From positions 1,248,001 through 1,312,000 of the forward strand of contig CAWKDC010000001.1 of the NCBI GenBank assembly GCA_963848305.1: 64,000 nt of DNA, read 5' to 3'. The DNA comes from an uncultured Gammaproteobacteria bacterium. Lineage in GTDB: Bacteria > Pseudomonadota > Gammaproteobacteria > JABCZS01. The notes below the pieces were generated by a model. The model was not told the DNA's origin, did not search any database, and was given only the letters and a program-made list of their open reading frames with translations. A program made the translations under genes and the position numbers. Of the stretch, positions 41,385-51,711 are shown piece by piece. Numbering within the stretch: the stretch's first letter is position 1; each line of letters starts with the position of its first letter.

Positions 41385-43065
41385 TTAAATCCACGCTCAG
41401 TGAAAAGAAAATACGACCATTACGATCATCAAAGGCTGCAACAGGTTTTGTCAGCGGTTTGGCCACCTCGATTTCCCCATTGACGCGTGACCCAACACCC
41501 AGTCGCACGCCCACTGCAGCAGATGTGCCGCTTTGCTTATTCGTGAGTGGGTCATCAACCCTGTACCACATCACACCCCAATCATAAGAGGTGAAATATT
41601 GAACACTTGGAAAGAGTGTGCTTTTGTGTGTGTCGTTGTAACGCAATTCAATTTTACCTTCAAACCCGCTATCGCCCACGATTTCAGATGGGTCATATGC
41701 AGAACCGTATACGGCACCGCCGTAACCTAATTGTTCTGGGGAAAGCAACGAAGTGAAGGCATATTGCCCATTCAATGAAGTGTAAATGGAGACGGTATTT
41801 TCTGAAAAATACTGAACGCGGGTGAACGTGCTGGTAATCTTTGTGTAATCTTTTTTGCCTTCAAAACGGGATCGCAGCAGCAAAGGCTGCGGCGGGCCTG
41901 AGATCCCCTGAAAACCTTGCGAAAATTGCAGATCCAGTGCATTCACCCCGTCCCATGCATCTTGTGCTTTGAGGTTAAGCCCTGCGCGCAGGGAATCGAG
42001 GCGATCGAGTGTGACGAGCACCCCAAGCGTATCGGTGCGGCTGTCTAGGTAATCATAGTCAAGCGTGGCGTTTAAATTAATGCGGCGTGTTCGAATGATG
42101 GGGTGGGTATAAATAAACATGATGGTTGAGCTTAGGCCATACACATCCAATATAGAAAAAGTGCTGCCGGGATGTGTGCGGTTTTGCGTGAAGCTGGAAT
42201 CAAAGCTTGCACCGCTTGGTGCAATGTATGCTTTATAGTCTAACATGTAAGACGTAAATTCTTGGGTGCGTGCAGCTGCTTTGGCGTTGAAAGTGGCCTG
42301 CCCGGGGGTGCCAAAAATATTATCGAGTGAGGCACTTATGCTGAATTCTTCAGGGCCTAAGTATATGGTGCCTCGATTATCCCAAGTGACAGATCCATCA
42401 AAATAATGTTCTGTGAGCAGCACCACCAACGAGCTTGCGCCTTCTACTGTGAGTGATGGGGTAAGCACCGCTTTGGCTGAAACGCCTGGCAGATCATTGA
42501 TAAGTAACAACGCACGTTCGAGGGTTTTGATATTGAGTGGTTTGTCTTCGAGGACAACTTGCAAATATTGTTCAACGGCAGTCTGAATCCCTCGCATGTT
42601 GCCATTGATTAAAAACTTATCGACAAAGCCTTCAACCACAACGAGGGTGACGACCCCTTTTTCATCAATTTCTTGGGGTGGGATATATACGCGGGTGAGC
42701 ATATAACCCGCTTCAAGGTAATGTTTCTCAATAGATTCAGCGACATTCTGCATGTCAACCAGTGTGACCTTTTTGCCAATCAGATTGCTATAAAAGGGTT
42801 GCAAATCTTCCGCGCTGAAAATCGTGTTGCCTTTGATCACCACCTTTTTCAGTACAAATTTAATGCTTTTGGCTGATTCCGAGACGGGCGGTTGAGGTGC
42901 CGCTTGGCGTTCGATGGTAGGTTGTGGTTTCTCAAATGAGGGCGGTGTTTGCGGTAAGGGTGATTGGCGTTCAGGTGAGACAGTGGCGGGCAGAAAGTCT
43001 AGCGCGAAGACAAAGGATGGGAAGAAACACATCCCAAGCAATAACAATTTTAATTTGTTACACAT
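41374..43065 (-). CDS. ShlB/FhaC/HecB family two-partner secretion transporter (TpsB)
   Basis: Signal peptide; POTRA domains (GNTIFS..Y..AGY..PPQEI..G; LERALLLINDLPG); DNRGT; beta-barrel C-terminus. Confidence 0.88.
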   Translation of the reverse strand: MCNKLKLLLLGMCFFPSFVFALDFLPATVSPERQSPLPQTPPSFEKPQPTIERQAAPQPPVSESAKSIKFVLKKVVIKGNTIFSAEDLQPFYSNLIGKKVTLVDMQNVAESIEKHYLEAGYMLTRVYIPPQEIDEKGVVTLVVVEGFVDKFLINGNMRGIQTAVEQYLQVVLEDKPLNIKTLERALLLINDLPGVSAKAVLTPSLTVEGASSLVVLLTEHYFDGSVTWDNRGTIYLGPEEFSISASLDNIFGTPGQATFNAKAAARTQEFTSYMLDYKAYIAPSGASFDSSFTQNRTHPGSTFSILDVYGLSSTIMFIYTHPIIRTRRINLNATLDYDYLDSRTDTLGVLVTLDRLDSLRAGLNLKAQDAWDGVNALDLQFSQGFQGISGPPQPLLLRSRFEGKKDYTKITSTFTRVQYFSENTVSIYTSLNGQYAFTSLLSPEQLGYGGAVYGSAYDPSEIVGDSGFEGKIELRYNDTHKSTLFPSVQYFTSYDWGVMWYRVDDPLTNKQSGTSAAVGVRLGVGSRVNGEIEVAKPLTKPVAAFDDRNGRIFFSLSVDLSER

Positions 43066-43115
43066 GACTCACATCCTTATGAACTGCCCTATTATATGCT
43101 ATTTATTCGCGTGCG

Positions 43116-44348
43116 TCATGCCCCTTTTTTTTCTTTAAATGTCATGGCAATGAAACCAGCGATGATCAACGATCCGGCCAATCCCCATACGGCAACTGTA
43201 AATGAAGTGCTGGTATAGAGAGGCTCATGTGTGGCGGCATCCAGCAACGTATGCATAGACACGGCCTTGCTGAACAATGATTGGCACAATGCATTGCCAA
43301 GCATCAGTACGGTCGTGAGCACGGACAAAGAAGTGCTTGCAAATGCCGGTGGGTTGCTTTCGGCAATCATCGGATAGGCCACCACTTGGCAAGCAGAAAT
43401 AAAGCCAATCGCAAAAAACAATGCGGATAATAATCCAACAGAAGGTTGGCTCAATAAAAATAAACAAGCAAATATTAAAAACGTTGCAAACGCGCCCCAC
43501 ACCAGCATTTGTTTGCGGGTGTGAAACTTGTCCGAAATGAACCCCGCCACAGGCGAGCCTGCCATGATCCCAAAGAACACCATCGATAACACGAGTGCGC
43601 CCTGCTCCCCATGTATGCCAAAGGCATGCTCAATGTAAAGGGCGCCCCATACCGTTCCAAAAATGATGATCGGTAAGTTGAGGAAGCAGACATAAATGCC
43701 TGCTGTACTGTTTTGTATTCTCAGTACACTTTCCCACAGACCCTGCGCGAAAGAGCGCCACGTCGTGTTGGCATGATGGGCAGGCGCTTGCGGGTTATCA
43801 TGAATAACCACAAAAAATAAGATCCAGAGCAGTGCGCCCATCAACGCGAAGGCTAAAAAAGTATTTTCCAATCCCAGTGTGTTATAAAACCATAAAAACA
43901 ATGGTTGCGTGACAGCGCCGCCTAATAAGCCAATCGTGATGATGAAACTGCTGGCAGTGCCCATTTGTCGGGAAGGGATCCATTGTGTCGCGAGACGCAA
44001 TGCTGCGAGCAAACAGAATGCATGGAGTAACCCTTGCACGAAGCGCACAGCGACCAATGCAGGATAACTGCCCACAAAGCGCATGAGGACGAGGCTCACA
44101 ATGCTGAGGCCGAGCACGGTTAGCATCAGTGGACGGGCTCGACAGAGATCAATCAGGATACCGGCGGGTAAGCACATTAAGCCGACTGCCAATAAATAAA
44201 TGGAGCCGAGGCTGCCGAGCTGATCGGCACTCAGGTTGAATGCCATAGACATGCCTTGCGCAATGGGGTTGAGGAATGTCATTTGCATGAAATAGAATGT
44301 GAAGAAAAGACCGCCGATCATGGAGATGGTCCAGGGTTTAATGTTCAT
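43116..44348 (-). CDS. MFS transporter
   Basis: About 12 TM segments; GILIDL and GFISDKFHTRK loop motifs; GGAGG RBS. Confidence 0.9.
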   Translation of the reverse strand: MNIKPWTISMIGGLFFTFYFMQMTFLNPIAQGMSMAFNLSADQLGSLGSIYLLAVGLMCLPAGILIDLCRARPLMLTVLGLSIVSLVLMRFVGSYPALVAVRFVQGLLHAFCLLAALRLATQWIPSRQMGTASSFIITIGLLGGAVTQPLFLWFYNTLGLENTFLAFALMGALLWILFFVVIHDNPQAPAHHANTTWRSFAQGLWESVLRIQNSTAGIYVCFLNLPIIIFGTVWGALYIEHAFGIHGEQGALVLSMVFFGIMAGSPVAGFISDKFHTRKQMLVWGAFATFLIFACLFLLSQPSVGLLSALFFAIGFISACQVVAYPMIAESNPPAFASTSLSVLTTVLMLGNALCQSLFSKAVSMHTLLDAATHEPLYTSTSFTVAVWGLAGSLIIAGFIAMTFKEKKGA

Positions 44349-44359
44349 CGTTTCCTCCG

Positions 44360-45313
44360 TTACACTTTTTCCAGACATTCATTGATCAGTTGATCAATGA
44401 ATGGTTCAATGATTTTGCAGGTTGATTCTCCCTCAATGACCACGGGACCTGTGGGACTGGTGACATTGATTTCAGTGAGGTAGTGCCCAATGATATCAAT
44501 GCCCACAAATACATGGCCATGAGATAACAAAGATGAGGTGAGTTCACGGGCGATATTGCTTTCCACCTCGCCTATCGGCACCACCTTATGACTTGCCCCA
44601 GCGGCAAGGTTACCGCGAAAATCACCTTGAGCGGGAATGCGCACGAGCATATGGGAGGCAGGTTCTCCATAAATCATCATAATGCGCTTGTCCCCCTCGG
44701 TGATCTCGGGAATATAACGTTGCACCATGCAAGGGCGTGTGCCATTAGAGGTGAGTGTTTCAATCACGACATTGGTGTTTGGGTCACCCTGTTGGATTTG
44801 GAAAATCTGTGAACCGGCCATGCTGTCCAAGGGCTTCAGCACGCAATGTTGGTGAGTCTGGATGAATGCTTTGATATGTTCAGCTTGCGCACTGACGAGC
44901 GAGGGCGGACAAAGTTTGTTAAACTGTGTGGCGTAAAATTTTTCGTTACAATCTCGCAAACCGCGTGGTTTATTGCGGATCAAAACCCCTTCACGTTCGG
45001 CTTGCTCAAGAAGATATGTGCTGAAAATATAGGACATGTCAAACGGCGGATTTTTGCGCATGAGCACTGCATTGAAGGCCGTTAGAGATTGATACTGAGG
45101 TTCACCGAGTTTAAAGAATTGGGTTGGGTCGTCAAACACCTGGATGGGGCGAAAATAACCGAAGCTTTTGCCGTGATCTAACACCAAATCTTCTATTTGT
45201 GCATAAAAAATGGACACGCCGCGGGCTTGCAATGTTTTCATCATGGCAAGTGTGCTATCTTCATCAGTGTGGATGTGGGCAATAGGATCCATGACAATCG
45301 CAATCTTGAGCAT
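44360..45313 (-). CDS. gshB: Glutathione synthetase
   Basis: IVMDPI, MRKNPPFD, NEK, GDKRI, RGNLAAG and EINVTSPTG. Confidence 0.96.
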   Translation of the reverse strand: MLKIAIVMDPIAHIHTDEDSTLAMMKTLQARGVSIFYAQIEDLVLDHGKSFGYFRPIQVFDDPTQFFKLGEPQYQSLTAFNAVLMRKNPPFDMSYIFSTYLLEQAEREGVLIRNKPRGLRDCNEKFYATQFNKLCPPSLVSAQAEHIKAFIQTHQHCVLKPLDSMAGSQIFQIQQGDPNTNVVIETLTSNGTRPCMVQRYIPEITEGDKRIMMIYGEPASHMLVRIPAQGDFRGNLAAGASHKVVPIGEVESNIARELTSSLLSHGHVFVGIDIIGHYLTEINVTSPTGPVVIEGESTCKIIEPFIDQLINECLEKV

Positions 45314-45352
45314 GAGGCACCTGTTAATCGAACCAATGAAAGAGTATACCCG

Positions 45353-46150
45353 ATGGATAGAGATTCTGACACATTATTTTTCCGCGAATCCAAAAAATTA
45401 TGGATGAAAGCGCAAGATCAAGGTGCGCCGCCGCTACAAGATGGAGAAGGGTTGTTTGCTGCCGTCAATGAATGGCGCGCGATGCAATCGTGGCCATTGT
45501 GTACCGATATGTTGCCAGTTGCCCCGCCCATCTGCACACAAACCGCAAAATTGCTGGTCGATACGCGCTCACAATGGCAATTGGGCATACTTCAAACATT
45601 GAAAGGGGTTGACACGGGGCCGGCCATGTTACGTCGTGCTTTGTCGCATTTGTGTCAGCAGCCAGAAACATTATTGGGACAAATGGCTTTATTGTTGGAT
45701 GGGATTGTGCAGGATAATTTGATGAAACGTTACCCTCACGCTTGTCAACAATGTTTTGCACGCTTTGATCGATTGCTCAAGCCGGGTCAGTATAATGAAA
45801 TGGACATTCATTTTTTATGGGCCGATCTTGTGTATTATGCACGTCGCGAGCTATTGGTTGCTCCAGAAGATAAAATCGATTTGAATAAACGCATGCATTA
45901 TATTGCTGATAAAATCTCAGACATGTTGCGCGTGAAAAATACCGAAGAAAAAATTAAAAAAGATATGATCATGCCGTTTTATTTATCATTGACAGATGGA
46001 TTGTTGTTATTGGGTGAAGATAAATTACTAACCCGTGTGAGCACCCTGTTCAATGCGTTAGAACCCAATATGCTGAAAATCAGTGTGCCTGTTCAGAAAC
46101 TGTGGGCGCAGTGTACGAATATTCGGTTTTTGGGAGTTACTTCATCCTAG
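45353..46150 (+). CDS. Helical protein resembling the FimL/ChpA N-terminal scaffold domain
   Basis: By-eye similarity (VNEWRA, RSQWQLGILQTLKG, MLRRAL, FARFDRLLK, DLVYY) and position between gshB and rsmE. Confidence 0.5.
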   Translation: MDRDSDTLFFRESKKLWMKAQDQGAPPLQDGEGLFAAVNEWRAMQSWPLCTDMLPVAPPICTQTAKLLVDTRSQWQLGILQTLKGVDTGPAMLRRALSHLCQQPETLLGQMALLLDGIVQDNLMKRYPHACQQCFARFDRLLKPGQYNEMDIHFLWADLVYYARRELLVAPEDKIDLNKRMHYIADKISDMLRVKNTEEKIKKDMIMPFYLSLTDGLLLLGEDKLLTRVSTLFNALEPNMLKISVPVQKLWAQCTNIRFLGVTSS

Positions 46151-46244
46151 CGCCTTTTGACCGATATGTGGTAGAAAGAGAACGTAAAAATGTAACGATA
46201 TGATTATTATCTCATTACAAAAATTCAACACTATAAACAGATGA

Positions 46245-46282
46245 TTGACAATTATAATACGATGTATTATAATACATCGTAT
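46245..46282 (+). promoter_or_regulatory. Consensus sigma70 promoter with a perfect 26-bp palindromic operator
   Basis: TTGACA-N17-TATAAT; ATACGATGTATTA|TAATACATCGTAT at 46257-46282. Confidence 0.85.
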
Positions 46283-46316
46283 GCAGTGTATATAATAAAA
46301 ATAAGGATAAAATACA

Positions 46317-46694
46317 GTGAAAGTATATAAAACTCAGGTATTTGATAAGTGGGCTAAAAAAGAAAACATACTAAACAGTGCTTTGTGTGAAGTTGTTGAT
46401 GAAATGCATAAAGGTCTTATTGATGCCGATTTAGGATCTGGACTGGTGAAGAAACGGATGGGCAAGACAGGTCATGGAAAACGCGGAAGCTACAGGACAT
46501 TATTGGCTTTTAAAAATAATTATCGGGCCATTTTTTTAACAGGATTTTCAAAAAATGAAATGGAAAACATTGCTTCCGATGAAAAGATAGTTTTCAAGAG
46601 ATTGTGTACGATTTACTTGAGCATGAGTGAAATTGAAATTGAAAATATGTGTAATACAAGGAAACTTATTGAGGTATTCTATGAAAAAGTCTAA
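46317..46694 (+). CDS. RelE/ParE-family toxin
   Basis: F.KWA..GLIDADLGSGLVKKR..G.GKRGSYRT..F.KNE..NI. Confidence 0.88.
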   Translation: MKVYKTQVFDKWAKKENILNSALCEVVDEMHKGLIDADLGSGLVKKRMGKTGHGKRGSYRTLLAFKNNYRAIFLTGFSKNEMENIASDEKIVFKRLCTIYLSMSEIEIENMCNTRKLIEVFYEKV

Positions 46695-47004
46695 ATCCCC
46701 AAAATCGAGGTTAATGCATGAAGCGCATCAAATGGCCAATGACTTATATGAAAGCGGCATGATAACGCTCTCAACATTGAATGAATTCGATGCACTTTGT
46801 TTAACTGAAACACATGAATTATCAGCGCCAAAAATTAAAAAAATTAGACTGGCATCTGGTGTCAGCCAAGCTGTTTTTGCCAAGGTGCTCAACGTTAGCG
46901 CTGCAGCCATTAAACAATGGGAAAGAGGTGAGCGCAAACCCAGTGGTTCCGCCCTGAAATTGCTGAACCTTGTAGAGGCGAAAGGGCTTGAGGCGATATT
47001 GTGA
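46681..47004 (+). CDS. HTH antitoxin (HigA-like)
   Basis: IKKIR..VSQAVFA..NVS....QWERGERKPSGSALKLL. Confidence 0.88.
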   Translation: MKKSKSPKSRLMHEAHQMANDLYESGMITLSTLNEFDALCLTETHELSAPKIKKIRLASGVSQAVFAKVLNVSAAAIKQWERGERKPSGSALKLLNLVEAKGLEAIL

Positions 47005-47031
47005 CTTTCATCATGTGAGATTGTCACTGCC

Positions 47032-47763
47032 CTATAAATCCCCGCCTAAATATTGCAATATACTCAGCGCCGTGAGTGCAGCAGTTTCGGTGCGCAACAC
47101 GCGCGGCCCCATGCGGATGCTTTGAAAATCTCCGCATTCTATCGCGAGGTTCACTTCTTCAGGCGTTAATCCCCCTTCCGGGCCGATCAATAAAGTGACA
47201 TTGTCTGCAACGTCCGTTTTATCAAAGCCGCGTGATGCGTCGGGTGATAATAAAAAACGTTTCGCTGTGGTCACGGTGGATAACCAATTATCCAGTTTGA
47301 TGGGCTGATGTAATATCGGCAAGGTATCGCGATGGCATTGTTCGCACGCAGCAATCATAACGTTCATCCAATGTTCATATTTTTTTTCGCTGCGATCCGC
47401 GTCAAGTTTTAAATGAACGCGTTGAGAATAAATCGGTGTGATGGAAGTGGCCCCCAGTTCAGTCGCTTTTTGAATCACAAAATCCATGCGCTCCCCTTTG
47501 CAAATGCCTTGTGCAACATGCAATGATAAGGGGGATTCGCTTTTTTGCGGCAATGCTTTTAATAAATTCACATAAGCATGCTTTTTTTCAACACGATCAA
47601 TCACGGCGGCGAATGCATGCCCTTTTCCATCAAATAATACAATTTCTTGCCCAAACGTCAAACGCAACACATGCACCAAATGATGGTGGGCATTCCCCGT
47701 CAAAACAATTTTTTGGCCAGCCATGCCGTTGTTGAATTCAGCATAAACACGAATAGTGCGCAT
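47032..47763 (-). CDS. rsmE: 16S rRNA m3U1498 methyltransferase
   Basis: HVLRL, QKATELG, ACEQC, IGPEGG and GPRVLRTETA. Confidence 0.96.
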   Translation of the reverse strand: MRTIRVYAEFNNGMAGQKIVLTGNAHHHLVHVLRLTFGQEIVLFDGKGHAFAAVIDRVEKKHAYVNLLKALPQKSESPLSLHVAQGICKGERMDFVIQKATELGATSITPIYSQRVHLKLDADRSEKKYEHWMNVMIAACEQCHRDTLPILHQPIKLDNWLSTVTTAKRFLLSPDASRGFDKTDVADNVTLLIGPEGGLTPEEVNLAIECGDFQSIRMGPRVLRTETAALTALSILQYLGGDL

Positions 47764-49082
47764 TAACGTTCTCCTGTGGCAGCATCAATGGCGGATAAGG
47801 CCACTTCACATAACTCATCAATCTCTGGTAACGTGATGCAATAAGCAGGCATGAAATAAACGACGTTACCCAACGGGCGTAAAAATATACCTTTTTCTAA
47901 GGCATGAGCATAGACGTTCAATCCTCGACGTTCGTGAGATGGGTAAGGTTGTTTCCGATCACGCGCCATTTCTATCGCGATGATCATGCCTTTCTGTCGC
48001 ACATCAGCCACATGAGCATGTTCTCGAAATGGATTTAATTTTTTATCAAAATGCGCAATCTTCAATTTGTTTTGGTCGAGAATATGTTCATCAAGCAAAA
48101 TGTCAATCGTGGCCACCGCAGCTGCGCATGCTAGCGCATTCCCCGTGTAACTGTGTGAATGCAGGAACGCCTTTCCGGTGTGGTAATCATCGTAAAACAA
48201 TTGATAAATGAAATCATTCGTCAGTACGGCGGACAACGGCAAGTAACCGCCCGTTAAACCTTTCGATACGCACATAAAATCGGGCGTAATGTTGGCTTGT
48301 TCGCATGCAAACATCGTCCCTGTTCGCCCGAATCCGACTGCAATTTCATCTGCAATAAAATGGATATCATATTGCTGCGTTAATTCAAATAATTTTTTCA
48401 AAAAATAGGGTGTGTGCATGCGCATGCCAGCAGCACATTGGACTAGGGGCTCAACAATCAACGCACAGGTTTCATGTGCATGGCGGGACATGATGTGATC
48501 AATTTGCTCAAGGACGAGATCATCTGTTTCGGGTGAATAAGAACAGGGAATGTCGATGGGTTCAAATAAAAAATCTTCATACGGTTGTTTAAACAGATCA
48601 ACTTGTGTGACAGACAATGCGCCCAAGGTTTCACCATGATAACTGTGGCTCAATGCCATGAACTTTTTCTTATGATGTCGCCCTTGATTGCGCCAGGCAT
48701 GACAACTCATTTTCAAGGCAATTTCAATCGCAGACGATCCATTGTCGCCATAAAACACATGGGTTAAACCGGGTGGGGCAAGTTTTACCAACCGTTCAGC
48801 CAGTTCCACCGCGGGTTCATGCGTGAAGCCAGCAAACATCACGTGCGACAAGGTGTCGATTTGGGCATGCAAGGCTTGGTTGACGCGCGGATGCCCGTGC
48901 CCTAATAGGCTGACCCACCAAGAGCCAATGGCATCCATATACTGCTTACCGTTAAAATCTTCGAGGTAAAGCCCTTGCGCGCGACGAATGGGAATGAGAG
49001 GATAGGTTTCATGATCTTTCATTTGGGTGCAAGGGTGCCAGAGGACATTGAGGTCTCTTTCGGCCAATATGTTGTTTTTCAT
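47763..49082 (-). CDS. bioA: Adenosylmethionine-8-amino-7-oxononanoate aminotransferase
   Basis: WHPCTQM, SWW, YHGET, DEIAVGFGRTG, SKGLTGG, HSHSY and LRPLGN. Confidence 0.95.
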   Translation of the reverse strand: MKNNILAERDLNVLWHPCTQMKDHETYPLIPIRRAQGLYLEDFNGKQYMDAIGSWWVSLLGHGHPRVNQALHAQIDTLSHVMFAGFTHEPAVELAERLVKLAPPGLTHVFYGDNGSSAIEIALKMSCHAWRNQGRHHKKKFMALSHSYHGETLGALSVTQVDLFKQPYEDFLFEPIDIPCSYSPETDDLVLEQIDHIMSRHAHETCALIVEPLVQCAAGMRMHTPYFLKKLFELTQQYDIHFIADEIAVGFGRTGTMFACEQANITPDFMCVSKGLTGGYLPLSAVLTNDFIYQLFYDDYHTGKAFLHSHSYTGNALACAAAVATIDILLDEHILDQNKLKIAHFDKKLNPFREHAHVADVRQKGMIIAIEMARDRKQPYPSHERRGLNVYAHALEKGIFLRPLGNVVYFMPAYCITLPEIDELCEVALSAIDAATGER

Positions 49083-49236
49083 CGATAAAATCTCTTTCCG
49101 CTCGGTTAGGTTCAAATGTGTTACCATTCTATCATGACCTATCCCTAAAGCCATATTTTGTGGGTGATTAAATGAATCGTGGGTATAGTGGGGCTATACT
49201 GATGAAGGTTTTAGTTTTGTAACATGTAGAGGTGCT

Positions 49237-51181
49237 GTGATGGCGGATCCAAAAGATAAATCAATAGGGCAACGGGTGGGTGATGCAGTCGCTGGCGCCA
49301 TCGATAGCGTCACGGGTGCGGCGAACAGTGCTAAAAAGAATGTCGTGGATGCTGCTTATAACCCGGTTGCGGCTGCCAAAGGGCAGTTATTGAATGATGC
49401 CCAAATCGCTCACCTTGAAGCGGTCCAAGATGACGGCAAGGGCGGTAAGGGTGCCGCCAATGTCATGCAATATGGCGCCTTCGTCACTGCATTAAAAGTC
49501 AAGCGTGACGCTTGGGAAAAAGCCATTAAAGATCTTGAGAAGGTACAAGATAAAACATCCGAAGTGGGAACCGACAGAAACCATGACCGCGAAGATGCAC
49601 TCGATAAGATCAATGAAGCCCAGCGCGAGTATTTTGCCCTGGTTGAATGTGCGCTACCTCCCGACATGGTGGAAGCAAAATCTATTCCGCCCCTGTTGAG
49701 CAATGCTGATTGGGCCGTGTTGGCCAATGTGAAGTCAGGTGCATCAGATGAAGAACGCAAAAAGGCTATCGAAGCATGCAAAGCAAAACCAGAATATGCA
49801 CAATTTAGAGGCATCATCAGCCATGATCAATTACAGCGTGCCCAGAAGGCTGCTGGCGGCGAGAGCCTCGATGCATTTTTGAATAAAAATATCTTGAGAA
49901 ACAACAACGGGCAATTGGTCAGTTTCAGTCAAATTTATGGGGAAGAGACGGCCAGACAATATATGGTGGTCTGTGCAGGTGCCATGCAAGTCGCCAAAGT
50001 CTGTCAAGAGGACATTCTCACCTATTCCAAGGTTCCAACTGCAACACAACACCCTGCTGTGATTGACGACACTCAGGTTCCCAACGTCAGTGAATCTGTT
50101 TCCTTGCTGGCTCAAGCGACACAATATGATTACCATAAACGTGCCCAAAGTTTACGTGAATACAGGGTGCATCGCGGGCCGTTCAAAATATGGGGATGAT
50201 GTGGATGCGGGCTCAAATGAGATCAGCAAGGAACGTCAAGATTTGTTGAAAAAAATTAAAGGTAATGAGAATGGCCCTCCTTTCGAGGTAAATGGTGTTA
50301 AATTTGAGAAGGTAGCCAGCGTGGCCATGTACTTTATGCGCATGGCACACCCATTGGATATTTTCGGTTTAGGGTGGGGCGGTCAAGAGGATCGCATGTA
50401 CGATGTGGCACGCCTTGCTAAAGCGTGGGTTGATGCAACTGCCGACATGAATAAATGCACCCCGCAGGATGTGGTTGAACGTTTATATGCTGCTGGCAAA
50501 CAAGTTCCCAAGCGAGATGAGAAAGATAAGGCTGGGAATCCTATATTACAAGACAATCAAAACTTGGGCGCAGATGGCCAGCCCATTAATGTTATGAACA
50601 TCAACAATTTCCCCATGAATGGGGGGTTGAGAGCCACATGGGCAGGGTTAGCTGATTTGTGTGTGCTGTTGGAAGGGCTTGGGATTGCGTACAACGTGAA
50701 TATGCGTGAGATCGCGAACAATCAACCCAACAGTGATCACTTAAGACAGATGGCATATGATCTCGATAACGATAAAGATCAAGGCTGGGCAAAATTTAAA
50801 GATGAACATTTAAAAGCAGCCAGGGAACGTAGAAATGATATGTATGAAATCTGGCCGAAAGATGAGGCCGCGATCACTTGCAAAAAAATCATGGCGAAAT
50901 TATTTGATCGACCGAAGCTGGACGATAGTATTGTGTTTCGCTCTAACGAACCTCTTTCTGGGGGTGTTGTGGATACAGCGGCGATCAATGCAGCCGCTGC
51001 CAGCACAGTTGGCCCTAGCGCGGGGGTTGTAGGTACCGTACCTACGCCATCATCAACTGCTGCCGCTGCGGTTGCTGCTGCAACAGCTGCTCCTGCAACA
51101 GCTGCTCCTGCTCCTGACCCAGGGTCAGGGTCAGGGTCAGGGCGAGATAACGATTCTGGATCGATAACGTTACATACATAG
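49237..51181 (+). CDS. Orphan ~650-aa protein (frameshift near 50160-50195) with an Ala/Pro/Thr-rich and GS-repeat tail; candidate effector
   Basis: Two overlapping ORFs differing by +1 frame; GAGG RBS; no recognisable motif. Confidence 0.65.
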
Positions 51182-51210
51182 TCGACATAAAATCAAGGAG
51201 CATACAACCC

Positions 51211-51711
51211 GTGACACAGAACGATACCGCATTAAACGACCAGGCACTTGAAGCCTTATCGCAATCACGTGCTGTGGCGGTGAATGCGCTGGATGCGCCT
51301 GCGGTGCTGCAGGCTTTGATGTTTCATTACAACAAATACCGCGGTGTTAAAGCATTCTTGTTGGACACGAACTACGATCCCATCGCCTTCAAAGGCATTT
51401 CATATTTTTTAGTGGCTGCTTCACCGGATATGGCTCAATCGGATCAAGAAGCGATCAACGCATTGAAAGAATGGATTGTCGCGAAACTCGCGGAGATCAA
51501 CAGCCCGAATATCACGCTCGTGATTTCATGTCCAGCCAGCAAACTTTACCAATTTGCGGACGTGATTGATCGCGCTTCACCGCCTTTGGCAAATATTGAT
51601 TTTGCACCCCTGCATGAATTTGATGAGGTACTTGCCGATGCGCGCCTCACCTGTGATATTATGCAGCTCGAGTCCCGTACGATCGAGCGATTGGAAGATG
51701 ACAAACATTAA
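51211..51711 (+). CDS. Hypothetical acidic protein
   Basis: AGGAG RBS and GTG start; overlaps the dsbD start. Confidence 0.7.
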   Translation: MTQNDTALNDQALEALSQSRAVAVNALDAPAVLQALMFHYNKYRGVKAFLLDTNYDPIAFKGISYFLVAASPDMAQSDQEAINALKEWIVAKLAEINSPNITLVISCPASKLYQFADVIDRASPPLANIDFAPLHEFDEVLADARLTCDIMQLESRTIERLEDDKH

